From Octopus sinensis (Eukaryota): a DNA stretch of 64,000 nt. The DNA lies in NCBI RefSeq assembly GCF_006345805.1, contig NC_043000.1, positions 160,580,001 through 160,644,000 on the forward strand, written 5' to 3'. The notes beneath the pieces are model-generated. The model was not told the origin of the DNA and did not search any database. It saw only the letters and a program-made list of their open reading frames with translations. A program made the translations under genes and the position numbers. This document shows, piece by piece, positions 36,786 to 50,175 of this stretch (position 1 is the first letter of the stretch; each line of letters begins with the position of its first letter).

Positions 36786-38524
36786 TCTGTACGTATGTGT
36801 GTATGGGTCTGCGTATATATATAGTTATATATATATATGAATATATATATTCACACAGAAACATATTTGATGTTTTTATCTTGCATTTGTGGCATTAGAT
36901 GTGCATTAATAATTTGTATTACGTTTAGATATGCATGAATATTGAATTGCGGTGCGTATTTGTATACATTTGTGTGCATACGTGTGAGTGTGCGCATGTT
37001 TGTGTGTGTATCTGTGTGTTTGTGCGCTTATGTACTTATGTATATATACCCATAACTGGATAATCAATTTGACGAACAAACGTATCTATGAAGGCAAGCA
37101 AGTACAGTTTAATGCCCCATAGTAATATCTTAAATACCGCCTTTATCTTCGTTAATGGTGAAACCTTTCTTAGGTTATTTGAATATTAACAAGTTACGGA
37201 TTTCTAAGATATACTAATTCTGTTTATCCTGTTAAATACAGGCATATATTATAATTTACTGATTGCTTTAACCAGAAAATTAGCCTCGTGCTTTATACGC
37301 ACTCACATACAAATATATATATATATATATATATTCAAATATATACATGCACACATTCTTAATCCACGAACACAATCACGTAACCTAGCAAGATTATCAT
37401 CTGATTATATGTTTATATACACCCATTCAGACACACACGTATTACACACACATGTAATGTTTTTCTCAATTCGTGATACAATTGAATTTGAAGCGGAGGC
37501 AAATCTTCCCTAATATAATGCGCAGAGAAGTCATACAACAGTTAGCTACATCTTAACATTGAACTAAAACCTGCTATCAAGACTATGAATAATCAGATGG
37601 CCAGTATCCAAAAGCAGGTGTTATTACAATAGATAAAGTCAAGTGTTAACTGCTAGAAATGGGAAACAATTCACGCTGCAAAAGCGAAAAACCGATTCAA
37701 ATATAACGGGGCAGCAGACGAAACATGAAATGATACGTATACGAAGAGTATGCATTTCTTCTTCAAAAGGTATAAACGGAATTCAACGTCTTTGCTGTAA
37801 CATAATTGCAAATTTAAAGGGGAAACTATAAGCATTAATATAAGGGGAACAATAATAGACAGTGACATCAAACTATATCTTTGGTTCTGGGAAGTGTATG
37901 TAAAGCAATGCAGAAAATATAATATCATTACGCAACAATTATGCCTACTCACCAACAAGAATGAGACCATTTTTCTGAGAAAGCAAATGAGCAGTGAATA
38001 TGTTTGCCACAAATGCAAACAGGTCGAAGATCAAGCACACTCACACTCACACATGCGCGCACATACACAGATACACATACACAGATACACAAATACACAC
38101 ATATATACACACATACACACACATACATGCACGCATACGCACAAGTCACACACTGTGCCACAACACATACACACATATACATTCTTTCACACCCACTTAT
38201 ATTTGTACGAAGAATATTATTGGTTACATTACACGATTCAACAGTAATAAATGCGTTGTTTCATAAGCTAACCTCTGATATCTGTCAAATTGTGATCCGT
38301 CAAGTACTTACAGTGAAAGAATTCGTTATATTCGACTGAAGAGAAAAAAATCAGTTCAAGCGATTTTTCATTTGTCGAAAGTAAAGATCAATAGAAATGT
38401 TTCTTTCTCGGTTATATGTGCTTAAAATATTTTAAATTAGTGTTATATATCTTTGCCCCATTTGTATTGTGGTTTGGCTAGTCAGTCCACATTGATCGTA
38501 TCTGAGCTTCCGTTAGGATATTTT

Positions 38525-38721
<197 letters not shown>

Positions 38722-39009
38722 TGAGGATTATGGATTTTATGATGTAAAAAGAAAAAATAACTGTTACAACCAAATCTCCAGTCATATTTTAATCTTGTGT
38801 GTGTGTATATATACATGTGTGTGTGTAGTGGTGGGGTGAATGTGTTGTTTGTGCTTTTGTGTGTGAGATTCTTTTTGATTTCACAAACACACAAGTACAA
38901 AGAAGAAGTGAGAAATATACATGTGATGAGCAACCAATCATGACTGGATTGTTGAACTCTGCTAAGAGATCATTGTTTTGATCCTGGACACAATTTCATT
39001 ACATTTATA

Positions 39010-39200
39010 TTGGAAACTCCTCCACGCTGGTTGGTGATGGAAGCAAGAAAGTATCTCACCTACGGGAATATTACACTTAGACACACCTGTGCGAAATACA
39101 GAAAAGAATATGGACCAGAATTATCAGACGATGTTGAAGTCCTGACGGCACCAAAGAGAAGGCATAACGGAGGGATCAATTGATGGATTCTAGTCAACCA
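39010..39200 (+). mobile_element. Possible Penelope GIY-YIG C-terminal relic
   Basis: PPRWL...IT.RH.C...VEVL resembles EH.P.WL...SIT.H...C...FEIL; weak. Confidence 0.3.
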
Positions 39201-39489
39201 CTTTGATAGATGATCTAGCAGTTTTGAAATAAATATTATTGCAGGAAAATAACAGCCGTGATTAATTCCAGCGCTGAGTGATTCTAGAAACAAAACACCA
39301 TTCTACTTGTTAAAGAAAACCGTTGTCAATATTGTTAAAGCATACATGAGAATGTAAATAAGATTTATGCAACAGATGTACAGGAAACAAAGATAGAATG
39401 AATCTCCAGACGGACTGTTTCATGTCTTGTTGAGAGCTCCTCAGAGAAAACGTATCAGCAATCTTTCCATGATCAATATTAGAATGACA

Positions 39490-39880
39490 TCTTTATATAT
39501 AAAAGTAAGGTTGTGTGTCTGTCTACTCCGATTTAGATTCCTAACTACTCCCACATTTTGCGGTGCTGTTTAACCAAAACCGGGTATCTTATAGTCGTGA
39601 TTCATATTGAGCCATTCTAGGTATTAGCGCGCGTCTACGATGAGTCTACGATTTTTAAATAATTTGCCATCATTTCTTTCCAATTTAATGCATATTTTTG
39701 TGAATATAATGGAAGTAACTCTCTAAAAATGTCTACGATGAGTCAACGCTTTAAAAAAAATTACCATCATATTCTTTCCATTTTTAATGCATTTTTTGCT
39801 ATTTTTTGGCTATAACTCTCTAAAAATGCTTTATAGTTATTTCCCTTACAAACCCGAGCAACGCCGGGCGATACTGCTAG
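39490..39880 (+). mobile_element. Complete non-autonomous Helitron (391 bp)
   Basis: A|TCtttatatataaaa 5' end; GC hairpin cccgagcaacgccggg 39853-39868; CTAG|T 3' end; inserted between A and T with no TSD; internal ~98-bp duplication (39634, 39732). Confidence 0.92.
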
Positions 39881-39888
39881 TTGTCACT

Positions 39889-40045
39889 AAAGATCATATC
39901 TTAGTTGCGCAGCGAGGTGGACGGCTTTATGCCATTGGCTCTAAAAACCATGTTTCAATTGAGCAGTGAGGTGGAAAGCTTTATGTCATATGCTCCTAAA
40001 ATCATATCTTAGCTGAGCGGTGAGGTAGAGGACTTTATTTGCATT
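39889..40045 (+). repeat. Diverged ~54-bp minisatellite x3
   Basis: gaggt core at 39914, 39968, 40022, with catatcttag/ctttat blocks. Confidence 0.8.
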
Positions 40046-40293
40046 AGTATAATTTCGAATTATTTTGTCTTACGGTGTGTTGAGATTATTATGGATATTG
40101 CTGAATTTATGGCAACTAGGAATAGTAAATATTATTTTGCTCATACTGTTAAGTGACATTAATATACACATGATGTGTTATTGGTCACTACAAGTTGTTG
40201 AAACAATTGTAAACCGTGGAATAACCGTTTATCATAACCGCCACTTATCTTATGTATAAGTATAGATACTCACACACATACATATGTGCATAC

Positions 40294-40373
<80 letters not shown>

Positions 40374-40475
40374 TTATACACACATACATGTATATATATA
40401 CATATATATACACACATATATATACATACATATATATATATATACATACATATGTATACATATATATATATACAT

Positions 40476-40528
<53 letters not shown>

Positions 40529-40900
40529 ATATATATATATATATATAGTTATACTTTACATCGTTTGGCGATAGGAGGAAGAGAATAAACAAGAGATTTA
40601 GCATAACTATTATGGGATAAGTGAATATATTAATCTTGATAGCAGGTATTCACTACAATAATGCTTCATACACACATACACACACACACGCACACATACA
40701 CACACACACGCCCACGCACACACACACACATACACAATGAAAGTAGAATGATCATAGAGAGAAACAATATGACGAAAGAGAAACAAGAGAACAAGAGAAA
40801 GCGAAGAGGGGAAGAGAAGAGAGGATGAGAGAAGGAGGAAAAGAAGAGGAAGAAAAGAAGAAAGAGGTGGAGGTGAGCAAGCTGAACAAGTCTCTGTTAT

Positions 40901-40942
<42 letters not shown>

Positions 40943-41205
40943 ATTATTTTCTTTGGATGCTCCTCAGGTATGCTATTCGTTTCGAAACTATGTCTTTTTA
41001 ATTAATCACTAGGGTATTCATTAAACTAATTATTTAATACAATCTCTTCTAAATGAAAAATTAATAGCAACAATAATACAATAACATTAATAAACTTTTT
41101 CCTCCATGGGCATTGTCAGGATATGTAATATGCATACAAGGATTATAATCAAATAATCAAATTATCGGCGGTAACAAGAGTAAACTTATTTGATAGGTAA
41201 CACAC

Positions 41206-41249
<44 letters not shown>

Positions 41250-41779
41250 TGTGTGTGTGTATGTGTCTATATATATTGTACATATATATATATATATAGA
41301 TATATATATGTATACATGCACACACATACATATATGTACGTATGTGTGAGTTGTTCATCTGTTTTCAGGGTTAAAATAGAAGTATTATCATCCATTACCT
41401 AATTAATATTGACAAATCCCAAATTCGTTAATTTGAATGAGCTTGCTAAATACTTTCATCACAAAGTAAATCTGAGATAAAATGGTGATTTTCTCTTCTT
41501 AAAAGATGTAACATAGAACGAGAATGGTAATGGACTGAACTGGGCTCAGATAAATACACCATAAAGTATGTTGGTTACCATAGATATATGTAATTATCAA
41601 AAATATCCCTGTAGTGAGTTCACACCGTTAACGCATATCTAATGAAAATACCAAGGCTGAAATTATTTGAGGGCAATTTTTGCGTTGTGTATGGATCATT
41701 AGAACAACATGCAATAACGAGATGAAGACTATCCGCAACAACACCTAAGGTATGCGCATATAACCAATCAGATAGCTAC

Positions 41780-42260
41780 GATGGCTTCAGAAGACTGTGG
41801 GGAAACCCTCGGTGGGGAGCGATGCTGCTGGATGGTCATATATGTAGCAGCAAGATTGGAATCTTTGCAATACTTCCAGAAAGAATCAGCACCAATTACT
41901 GGCCTCCTAATTACCGCTTCTACTACCACTAACTCCATCACTACCACCGTATATAAATCCATGGATTGCTTCGTGTAGCAGAAGAAAGCAACCGCTCTAC
42001 ATGCAAGCAAAGTTCTGAGTGAGGGGTCAAGCTGAAGGAGGAGTTCGAATATCTTCCTGGAGACGCAGTGAGAAATGCGCCAGATTGCGTAGCGGTGTTG
42101 AAGCCGTGGTGAAAGATGAGGGTGGCTACTTTGAGTAAATTGTTATCTACCCTTGCCATAGTCCACTGAAAAGTTTTTGATTTTTAAAAAATAATTTTAT
42201 TTTCAGATGGGATGTTATGTTTTCTTTTCCATTAATGCAAAATGTCCGAACACTCTGCTT
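41780..42260 (+). mobile_element. Tc1/mariner-superfamily transposase C-terminal relic
   Basis: Y.*QQD...C.TSRKNQ, WPPN...NPMDCFV (WPP.SPD.NP.D), KEEF...GVEAVVKDEGGYFE* (stop 42136-42138). Confidence 0.82.
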
Positions 42261-42390
42261 ACTTACACACATAAATGTGCGCACATACATACGTTTATAC
42301 ATGGGCACATATGGATATAGTGTTATATCTGTACTACAAGTAGGCGGTGTGTGTGTGTGTGTATGTGTGTGTGTATGTGTGTGTGTGTGT

Positions 42391-42423
<33 letters not shown>

Positions 42424-44065
42424 ATGTGTGTGTACGTGTGTGTTAGTCCCTCGTTTCTATTAATTTTGATTGTCTGCTTTCGTTGGAGCTTTAAATTTAT
42501 GTTATTGTTCTATTGTATTGTAAAATCTTTGTAATCTAATACATGTTGAGTCCTTGTAACAGCTAAATAAACCTTAAGGTGTAATGTATTTTTCCTTGAC
42601 GAACTTGTGGCATTAAAGAAGCCATCATCATCATCGCCTTCACTAACAACATTCCACCCATCACCGCTAATAATAGTAAGAACAACAAAACAAACACTAT
42701 CACTGCCATCAACAACTCCATTACTAAAACAGCGCCAGCAACACCACAGCCACCATCATCACCAGTACAATCACCATCACTAGTATGGCTATCTCTACCA
42801 TCAACATATGTTTTATCAATAACCCCACTAACACCATCACTATTTTTCTTTTCTATTACTCTTGTATTTGTTGAGATAAATGAACCGAAATTAAAACACA
42901 GTAACCGATAGATATTATAGATAAATACTATGTAGTCTATACATAACACTATCGTCTGCATCTGTGTCTGTAAGTAAGTAACAATACTCTTATTAACAGC
43001 ACCTATGGGGTATATCAATCAACTTGGAAATAGTCGACTGAAGAGATTACAACGATATTGCAGAATTGCTCGTTTCTTACTCAAAGATTATCTCACTAGC
43101 GAATCTGACATATGACTGAGACACAAAAACACTAATTGTTTCCTCTCGTGTATATGTTCCCGTACTAAAATATCTTCCTTGTTCATTCTTTCCATTATAA
43201 TTTTATCTTTCTATCTGCTTTACTGTTTATTTTTTCTCCTCTTACTCCGTTCCCATTTTCTCCTACACTTCCTTTTACAAATTTTCACCGTCATCTTCAT
43301 TGGCTCTTTCCTGAAATCTTTCAATCTTTCTCTCTTTCTTTCTATGTCTTCATACATCTTCTGTTATCCTTTTACAACTACCTCTTTTTACCCTGTCTTT
43401 ATTTTTGGTTCATTTGCTCTCTTACTCTGCCGATGACATTCTCTTATGCCTTCCACCTCTCCTCTTCTTCACATTCTATTTATCACTTCATATCTACACA
43501 TCCCTTCCAAGCTCTCTTCTCATCATTTAACCTTTCGTTGCTATACTCTTTACACTGTCTGCATATAGTTCTTCAGTTATATACCTCATATTTCTTTTTC
43601 TATTTTGTTATATATTATAGAACATTTATGCACTCATTCCATTTTTGTGTGTACATGTGTAAATGCAAACGTATATAATTTCTGTCTAAACACATAACGT
43701 TTTAAAATAGACATATTTCAGACATTGCTAAAAGTATCAGTTACAATATCCCAAAGAGTAATTCTAATAAACAATGGGTCCATCGGAAAACGCATGCCTT
43801 GATCCAGTACGCTTGAAGGTAGATGGAATGGTCAACAGTGGAGTGCATCTGGCCACAGGTCTGCTTGATAAGAATCGAGTGGCGCTTAACGATAACATAC
43901 ATACCATATCAACATTGTAGTTTCTTAAATTTGATTTAGAAGGTATTACGTATTACATTTTTGTTTGAATATTATTGTGTTAGTATGTGGACAGACTGTT
44001 TTCGTTTCCAATATAATAATTATAATAATGTGTTTATATATGTTTGTATCTCTCTCTCTCGCTCG

Positions 44066-44150
<85 letters not shown>

Positions 44151-44414
44151 CACACACAAACACGCATACGTCTAAATGTGTGTGTATGTGTGTGCGCGTG
44201 TGTGTGTGTAGGAGAAACACAATTTATGTCACTTATATTATAAACGCAGTTTAATATTATTTGTTCCAATGCATCTTTCACCACTGTGAATATTTAGAAC
44301 TCTGCATTGGATGTTCAACTACGTGAAACTCTAAACATACGATATACAATATATATGCATATGTATATAAGGATATATATATTTATTCATACATATATAA
44401 TATATATCAACACC

Positions 44415-44740
44415 GTTAAGGCTTAACAGCCATCACCGTTTCTTTTTACCGTTTTGTTCTTACTGTTCTGTTTTTGTTACCACTTTAACCCTCCGCAAAA
44501 AATCCCAAATTTTATTTAATTTGCTTTGTGGGAGGGACTATTTTAATGAAACCGCGTCTTGTCCCTACTATCGAAACGCGGAGTAGATGAAACAGGGGAC
44601 AACTGATGAAGACAATGTTCTTTATGTTGCCTGTCTCGTTTCTCTATTTGTTTCGCTGTTCGAAAAAACGTTTCTACTTACATGCTTTTGTTTTTTATGT
44701 TCTTTCTCATTTTGTTCGCGTTTATTGAGGTTCTGTACCC
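44415..44740 (+). repeat. Unclassified interspersed repeat, copy 2 (copy 1 at 4615-4950)
   Basis: Collinear shared blocks, see copy 1. Confidence 0.8.
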
Positions 44741-44804
44741 GTATATGCATATATAAATATACATATATATGTAGGCATGTACATGTATGTGTGTATATAT
44801 GCAT

Positions 44805-44868
<64 letters not shown>

Positions 44869-44934
44869 ATAATATATATATATATATGCACACATATATA
44901 TATATGTGTATATATATGTATATATATATCTATT

Positions 44935-44966
<32 letters not shown>

Positions 44967-45813
44967 CATAAAAGCCTATATACGAACATATATAAATGTG
45001 TATACATAAATGAATGCATACATACACATATATGTTTGTGCGTGCGCATGGATGTGTTCTGTAACTTTTTGGCAAATGTTGAATAATACTCGCCGATAAT
45101 AAAAATTAAACTTCAAGTTCAAAATTGAAATCTTCATATTAGGGTTATAAATAATATTAAAGCCCTTAAGAATAAATATTACACCTACACCTTAGCGTAG
45201 CGAGTTAATGGAAGTCCTTACTCCTATGTAATTTCTGGAAGAACAAGAAATGGTAGCCTAAAATCTTTTAAATCACGGCCTATCTGTTTGCACGTTTGTG
45301 TTAAAAACAACGAACACATTTCAATGCGAACGCGTTGACATATTCAACCGGAAATTTGAATATTGAAATGTCACTCCTGATATAGGCACATATGTACTAC
45401 TGATCAGGTTCGACTTAATGATAATCACCATCAATAATCTGAATGGGAACAGCATCAGCTAGGATGCGTTGACCAACACGTGAGTTGGGTATGCAACGAG
45501 ACTAAAAGAAAGATAAATCACTGAGATACCGTGGTACTGAATACACTTGCGTTGTCCTTAGAATGGAATGCTATCAATCAATCACCAAGTTTTGATCGAT
45601 GGAATCCGTCCATCTAGTTAGTAAGAACTTGATTTTAGAGAGTGTTTGCATCCAGCTTCAAGCTTCTGAGTTCGGCACCTCTGCGTGGTACCTAGGACAA
45701 GTATCATCTGCTATATCATAGGGCTTGTTGAGGTCTTGTAAGTTGATCAGGAACACAAAAACAGAAAGCGCATCGTGTATATGTATATATATATACATGT
45801 ATATATATGTATG

Positions 45814-45862
<49 letters not shown>

Positions 45863-46069
45863 ATATATATATATTCTATATATATGTATGTATGTATGTG
45901 TGTGTATATATATATATATAATTTTACTATAAGAAATAGGAGAAAAAAAATATTGTGGATACTTATTTTATTTGGATCACAATATGAACATACCAAATAG
46001 TTTAATACAAATAAATTTTAAATGGATATACATTAACTTAAAATAAGATACAATGTGTAGAAGAGGTGT

Positions 46070-46255
46070 CTACACATGTTCCAATCTGGTCACTATGTAA
46101 ACAGTGCTTCAGAATATCCCTAAGCACCCGTCACTCAATGCTTTTTTGTTCAACTGGAGATAACCACTCATTCTTTCTGATGGCTCTAGCTTGGTCACAT
46201 AGACTTTGTTCATTGAATCCAAATGGGCCTCTGTCGCTCCATGTCTTGTGTCTGT
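46070..46255 (-). mobile_element. R4/Dong-type ORF N-terminal fragment
   Basis: WSDRGPFGFNEQSLCDQARAIRKNEWLSPVE resembles the W..RG.F...EQ.L.DQAR.I.K..WLS N-terminal R4 motif. Confidence 0.7.
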
Positions 46256-46393
46256 CTTTTAATGTAATTTTATGTAAGCCCTTGTGGCCAATAAAAGAAT
46301 GAATAATAATGGTAAGAATAATAATAATTATCATCATTATCATCATCATCATCATCATCATCATTATTATTATTAGCATTATTATTATTATTG

Positions 46394-46485
<92 letters not shown>

Positions 46486-46488
<3 letters not shown>

Positions 46489-47570
46489 TAGTTTTATTTT
46501 ATAGCGTGCTTTCACTTCACTACCGAGCGCAGCTCTGTGTGCCTTGGGTATGTGCTGTGATTTGTTGTGATGCTCTGATGGTTATTGTATGGAAAGTGTT
46601 CTGCGTAGGATGTGTGCAGTGCCTAGTAGTGCAATTTTCTGTATGTTATATGTGTTTGTAAGTCCTGGTGTTTTTGTTATGTATTTGTCTGAATATTTTT
46701 TTATCATGCCTAATGCACCTACTATGATAGGAATTGTTTCTGTTTTCAGGTTCCCATTCTAGTTACTCTATTTCCAGGTCTTTGTATTTTGAGAGTTTCT
46801 CCATTTCTTTTAGAGACACGTTGTCATCTGCCGGTATTGATACATCAATTAGAAAGCATTTTTTTTCTTCATGATCTCTGACAACTATATCTGGTCTGTT
46901 GGCCTTAATTTCTCTATCTGTGGTATCGGCATATCCCAGAGTATGGTTGCTTTCTCGTTTTCTGTGACCTTTTCTGGTGTGTGCCTATACCATCTTTTTT
47001 CTGTTGTTATTCCATAATGTTGGCATAGCTTCCAATGTATGTAGGTTCCAACTCTGTCATGTCTGTGAATATATTCCTTCTTAGCCAGGACTGGGCAGCT
47101 AGAGATAATATGATTTATTGTTTCTTGTCCATCTCCACATATTCTGCAGTTACTTGTAATATTTCTTTTCGTTACATGTTTTTGGTAATTTCTGGTGGGG
47201 AGGCTTTGGTCTTGTGCTGCAATTAAAAATCCCTCTGTTTCTGCTTTGAGTCCTGAGCTTCTCAACCATTGCTGGGATTTTTCTTTGTCTATTTCTTTTG
47301 CGTTTAGTTTAGTCCAGTATTTACCATGAAGGGGCTTTTCTTGCCATCGTTTTATCATGGTTCGTTGCTGTTCTATTTTAGTTTGGATTTCATTTGTTTT
47401 ATAGCTTTTGTTGTTTCTTCATCATCTTCTTCTTCTTCTTTGTGTATTAGGTGGTATGATTTCTTGTTTGTATTTGTCAGCTTCCTTAAATACTGAGAAC
47501 AGTTTTTTGTTTTGCTCGTGTTTTGCTGCTATCTGGATCAGTTTTCCTTCCTTCTGAAGTAGGTATTTTT
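46486..47570 (-). mobile_element. R4/Dong-type LINE, young 5'-truncated copy (CCHC zinc knuckle, REL endonuclease, 3' UTR, (AAT)n tail)
   Basis: ORF 46885-47358 WQEKPLHGKY...GLKAETEGFLIAAQDQSL...CRICGDGQETINHIISSC...HRHD; frameshifted continuation NRPDIVV...IDVSIP...KYKDL...LLGTAHILRRTLSIQ*. Confidence 0.95.
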
Positions 47571-47646
47571 ATTATTATTATTATTTTATTATTATTATTA
47601 TTATTATCATTATTATTATTATTATTATTATCGTTATTAATATTAT

Positions 47647-48063
47647 TTCTTCGTAACAGTGTCGGTAAAAATGCACGGGAGTCTTTTAGTCATCTGTCAA
47701 GTCACAACAAGGACATCAGATACATAGTACTTCCATTAAGATGTGCCTTGTAACCAATAAGGATGCTTTGTGCTAGACATCAATCTTGCATGGGATTTCC
47801 AGTTGCTATAAGAAGTCTTGACCTTTCAATGAGATTCAGCCAGACGCTCCGATCACCACTGGTATCCCTGTTATATTACCCTCTCTCATTCCACTTTCAA
47901 TTCGGAGTACTTGGTGATTCTTTCAACCGCTTTACTAACAACATTCATTTGATTTGGTATGGCTACATCAATTATCTGACAGTATTTGTCTCTCATACTC
48001 AATATGGCAATGTCCGGCCGACGGTGTTCCATTAGACGATCCGTCTGAAAACCATAGTCTCGG
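47647..48063 (-). mobile_element. R4/Dong-type LINE 3' end, second family
   Basis: FQTDRLMEHRRPDIAIL...QIIDVAIP...ITKYSEL...IPVVIGA; distinct 3' UTR ending acgaagaaataat. Confidence 0.85.
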
Positions 48064-49199
48064 TCGTGCTTTGTCGCTACTTGTATTAGTTTTTCTTACT
48101 TCTGAAGTAAGTATTTCTGTAGTCTGATGGTGATTATTATGTAATAGTTTTCTAGCTGTATGAGGCCAGTACCACCTTCCATAGGTTGTATATATAACCT
48201 TTCTATGTCAGACTTTTGGTGGTGTATCCTAAATCCTGTCATTATTTTTCTTGTTTTCCATTTTGATTTGTACATTTAGAGTCCAGGTAAGAATATTGTA
48301 GCTGTAACTTATAACTGGGACGACTAATGTTGATAACTATTGTCTTGTTTTTCTCATTGAGCTCTGTTTTCAGCATTAATCTAACTCACCTATGGTATTC
48401 TTTTCTTTCAAATGTGTGTGTATTGTACTGTATCTAGTTCATTGATTCCTAAGCATTTCTGTGTCTGGTTACCATCTACTTCTCTTATTTCATTTACTTT
48501 ATTCAATGTGATGTTGCTACTCTTAACTAGTTTTCCTATTTCCATGGTTGCTTTGGCACATTTTTCTAAGCCGAATTTCATGTTTATTTCTTTAGTAAAT
48601 CCATGTACCCGTCTGTAGTAATGTTTCTAGCTGTTTATCATTTGTATCGTGTAATTTTAGATCATATCATCCATATATAAGAGGTGGCTGATTAATTTGA
48701 CGTAACAGCTGTATCCACATCCATTTCTGTCTAGCATGTCAGATAAAGATGTCAGTGCCAAACAGAAAATGAGTGAAGAGAGTGTGTTTCATTGGAATAT
48801 TCCTCTTCTAATGGGGATGGCTTTGTTTATTATAAGTCTCACTTTTCTCTGGAGCTGCAGTACTATCAGCCATTTATCCATGGAACATTTTATATATTTT
48901 ATGATTATTGGTGCTCCCTTGTTCATGGCTAGTGTTTCTAGGATCCATGCATGAGGAATACTATCAAAAGCCTTTCGCTAATTGCTCCAGGTCATTTTTA
49001 GACCCATCTTTCTACAGTAGCCTTCGTTTATAGCTTTATTGATCAGTAGCTGATCTTTACAGCCGTATGAGCCCTTGCAGCATCCCTTCTGCTCTTCTGA
49101 AAATAGGTTGTTTTCCTGTAGATGCTTGCTCAGTCTCTGCGATATTATTGCGGTAAGAGCTGTAAGATATGTTTGTAGTAAAGGTGATCTTTCCAGCTA
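48064..49199 (-). mobile_element. R4/Dong-type LINE RT/thumb, older copy
   Basis: PIRRGIF, ISHLLYMD, TRKIMTGFRIHHQKSDIERLYIQPMEGGTGLIQLE; several stops and frameshifts. Confidence 0.9.
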
Positions 49200-49377
49200 G
49201 TTATCATTTGTACCATACAGTTTTATATCATCCATACATAAGAGGTGGCTGATTGTTTAGCTGTAACAGTAGCATCCATCTCCAGATTTGTTTAGCATGT
49301 CAGTGCCACGCAGAAAGGGACTCGAGAGAGTGTGTCTCCCTGGAATATTCCTCTTCTAATGGGGACGGATTTGGATT
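49200..49377 (-). mobile_element. Second R4 RT core fragment (paralog of 48640-48830)
   Basis: PIRRGIFQGDTLS...; aligns with 48640-48830. Confidence 0.85.
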
Positions 49378-49420
49378 TTTGTTGTTGTTAAAGGTATTAT
49401 TATCGTTGTTGTTGTTGTTG

Positions 49421-49477
<57 letters not shown>

Positions 49478-49490
49478 TATTATTATTATT

Positions 49491-49629
49491 CAGTAGTTTT
49501 ATTTTTATAGCGTGCTTTCAGCTCTGTGTGCCTTGGGTATGTGCTGTGATTTGTTGTGATGCTCTGATGGTTATTGTATGGAAAGTGTTCTGCGTAGGAT
49601 GTGTGCAGTGCCTAGTAGTGCAATTTTCT

Positions 49630-49632
<3 letters not shown>
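49491..49632 (-). mobile_element. 142-bp 3'-terminal R4 copy (family of 46486-47570) flanked on both sides by (TTA)n
   Basis: Matches 46486-46643 apart from a short deletion; (TTA)n at 49400-49490 and 49633-49702. Confidence 0.93.
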
Positions 49633-49702
<70 letters not shown>

Positions 49703-49703
<1 letters not shown>

Positions 49704-50160
49704 TCACATTCTCACAACAGATTAGATAGTTCGAAAAGAAAAATTCTTAACATTGGGCTACAACAATGTCAAAAACCCTCCTAAGTATTCTAGCTGTCTC
49801 TAGTAACAGTTTTCAGGAACTGTAACAAACTAGGTTTTATGCCTATTTCCTCTATCCATCTGTTCAAATCTTTAGCAATAGTTCCTAATGCACCTATAAC
49901 ATCGGGGATACATTGTACTCACACCGTTCAAGTCTCGGTAACTCAATGGCAAGGTCATGGTGCTTTGTTATTTTCTCTATACTTTTCTCAATACATTCTC
50001 AATTTCTCATAATTTGGAATTGTAAAGTCAATTATCTGGCATTTCTACTCTCTGTGTGAACTACTATTAGATCAAATCATCTAGCTTCTAGTATTCTCTC
50101 CGTCTGAATGTTAATGTCCTACAACATCTTATATTTTCTTCAAGTCCCACAACATCATAT
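49703..50160 (-). mobile_element. R4/Dong-type LINE 3' end, third family, decayed
   Basis: DINIQTERILEA, CQIIDFTIP, VIGALGTIAKDLNRWIEEIGIKP motifs across frameshifts. Confidence 0.75.
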
Positions 50161-50175
50161 ATTTATTATTATTAT

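Noticed and set aside
44555-44625. Hammerhead from GAAAC...GTA...CTGATGA in the dispersed repeat
   Set aside because: Helix topology is inconsistent with any hammerhead permutation: GAAAC falls inside the stem I loop.
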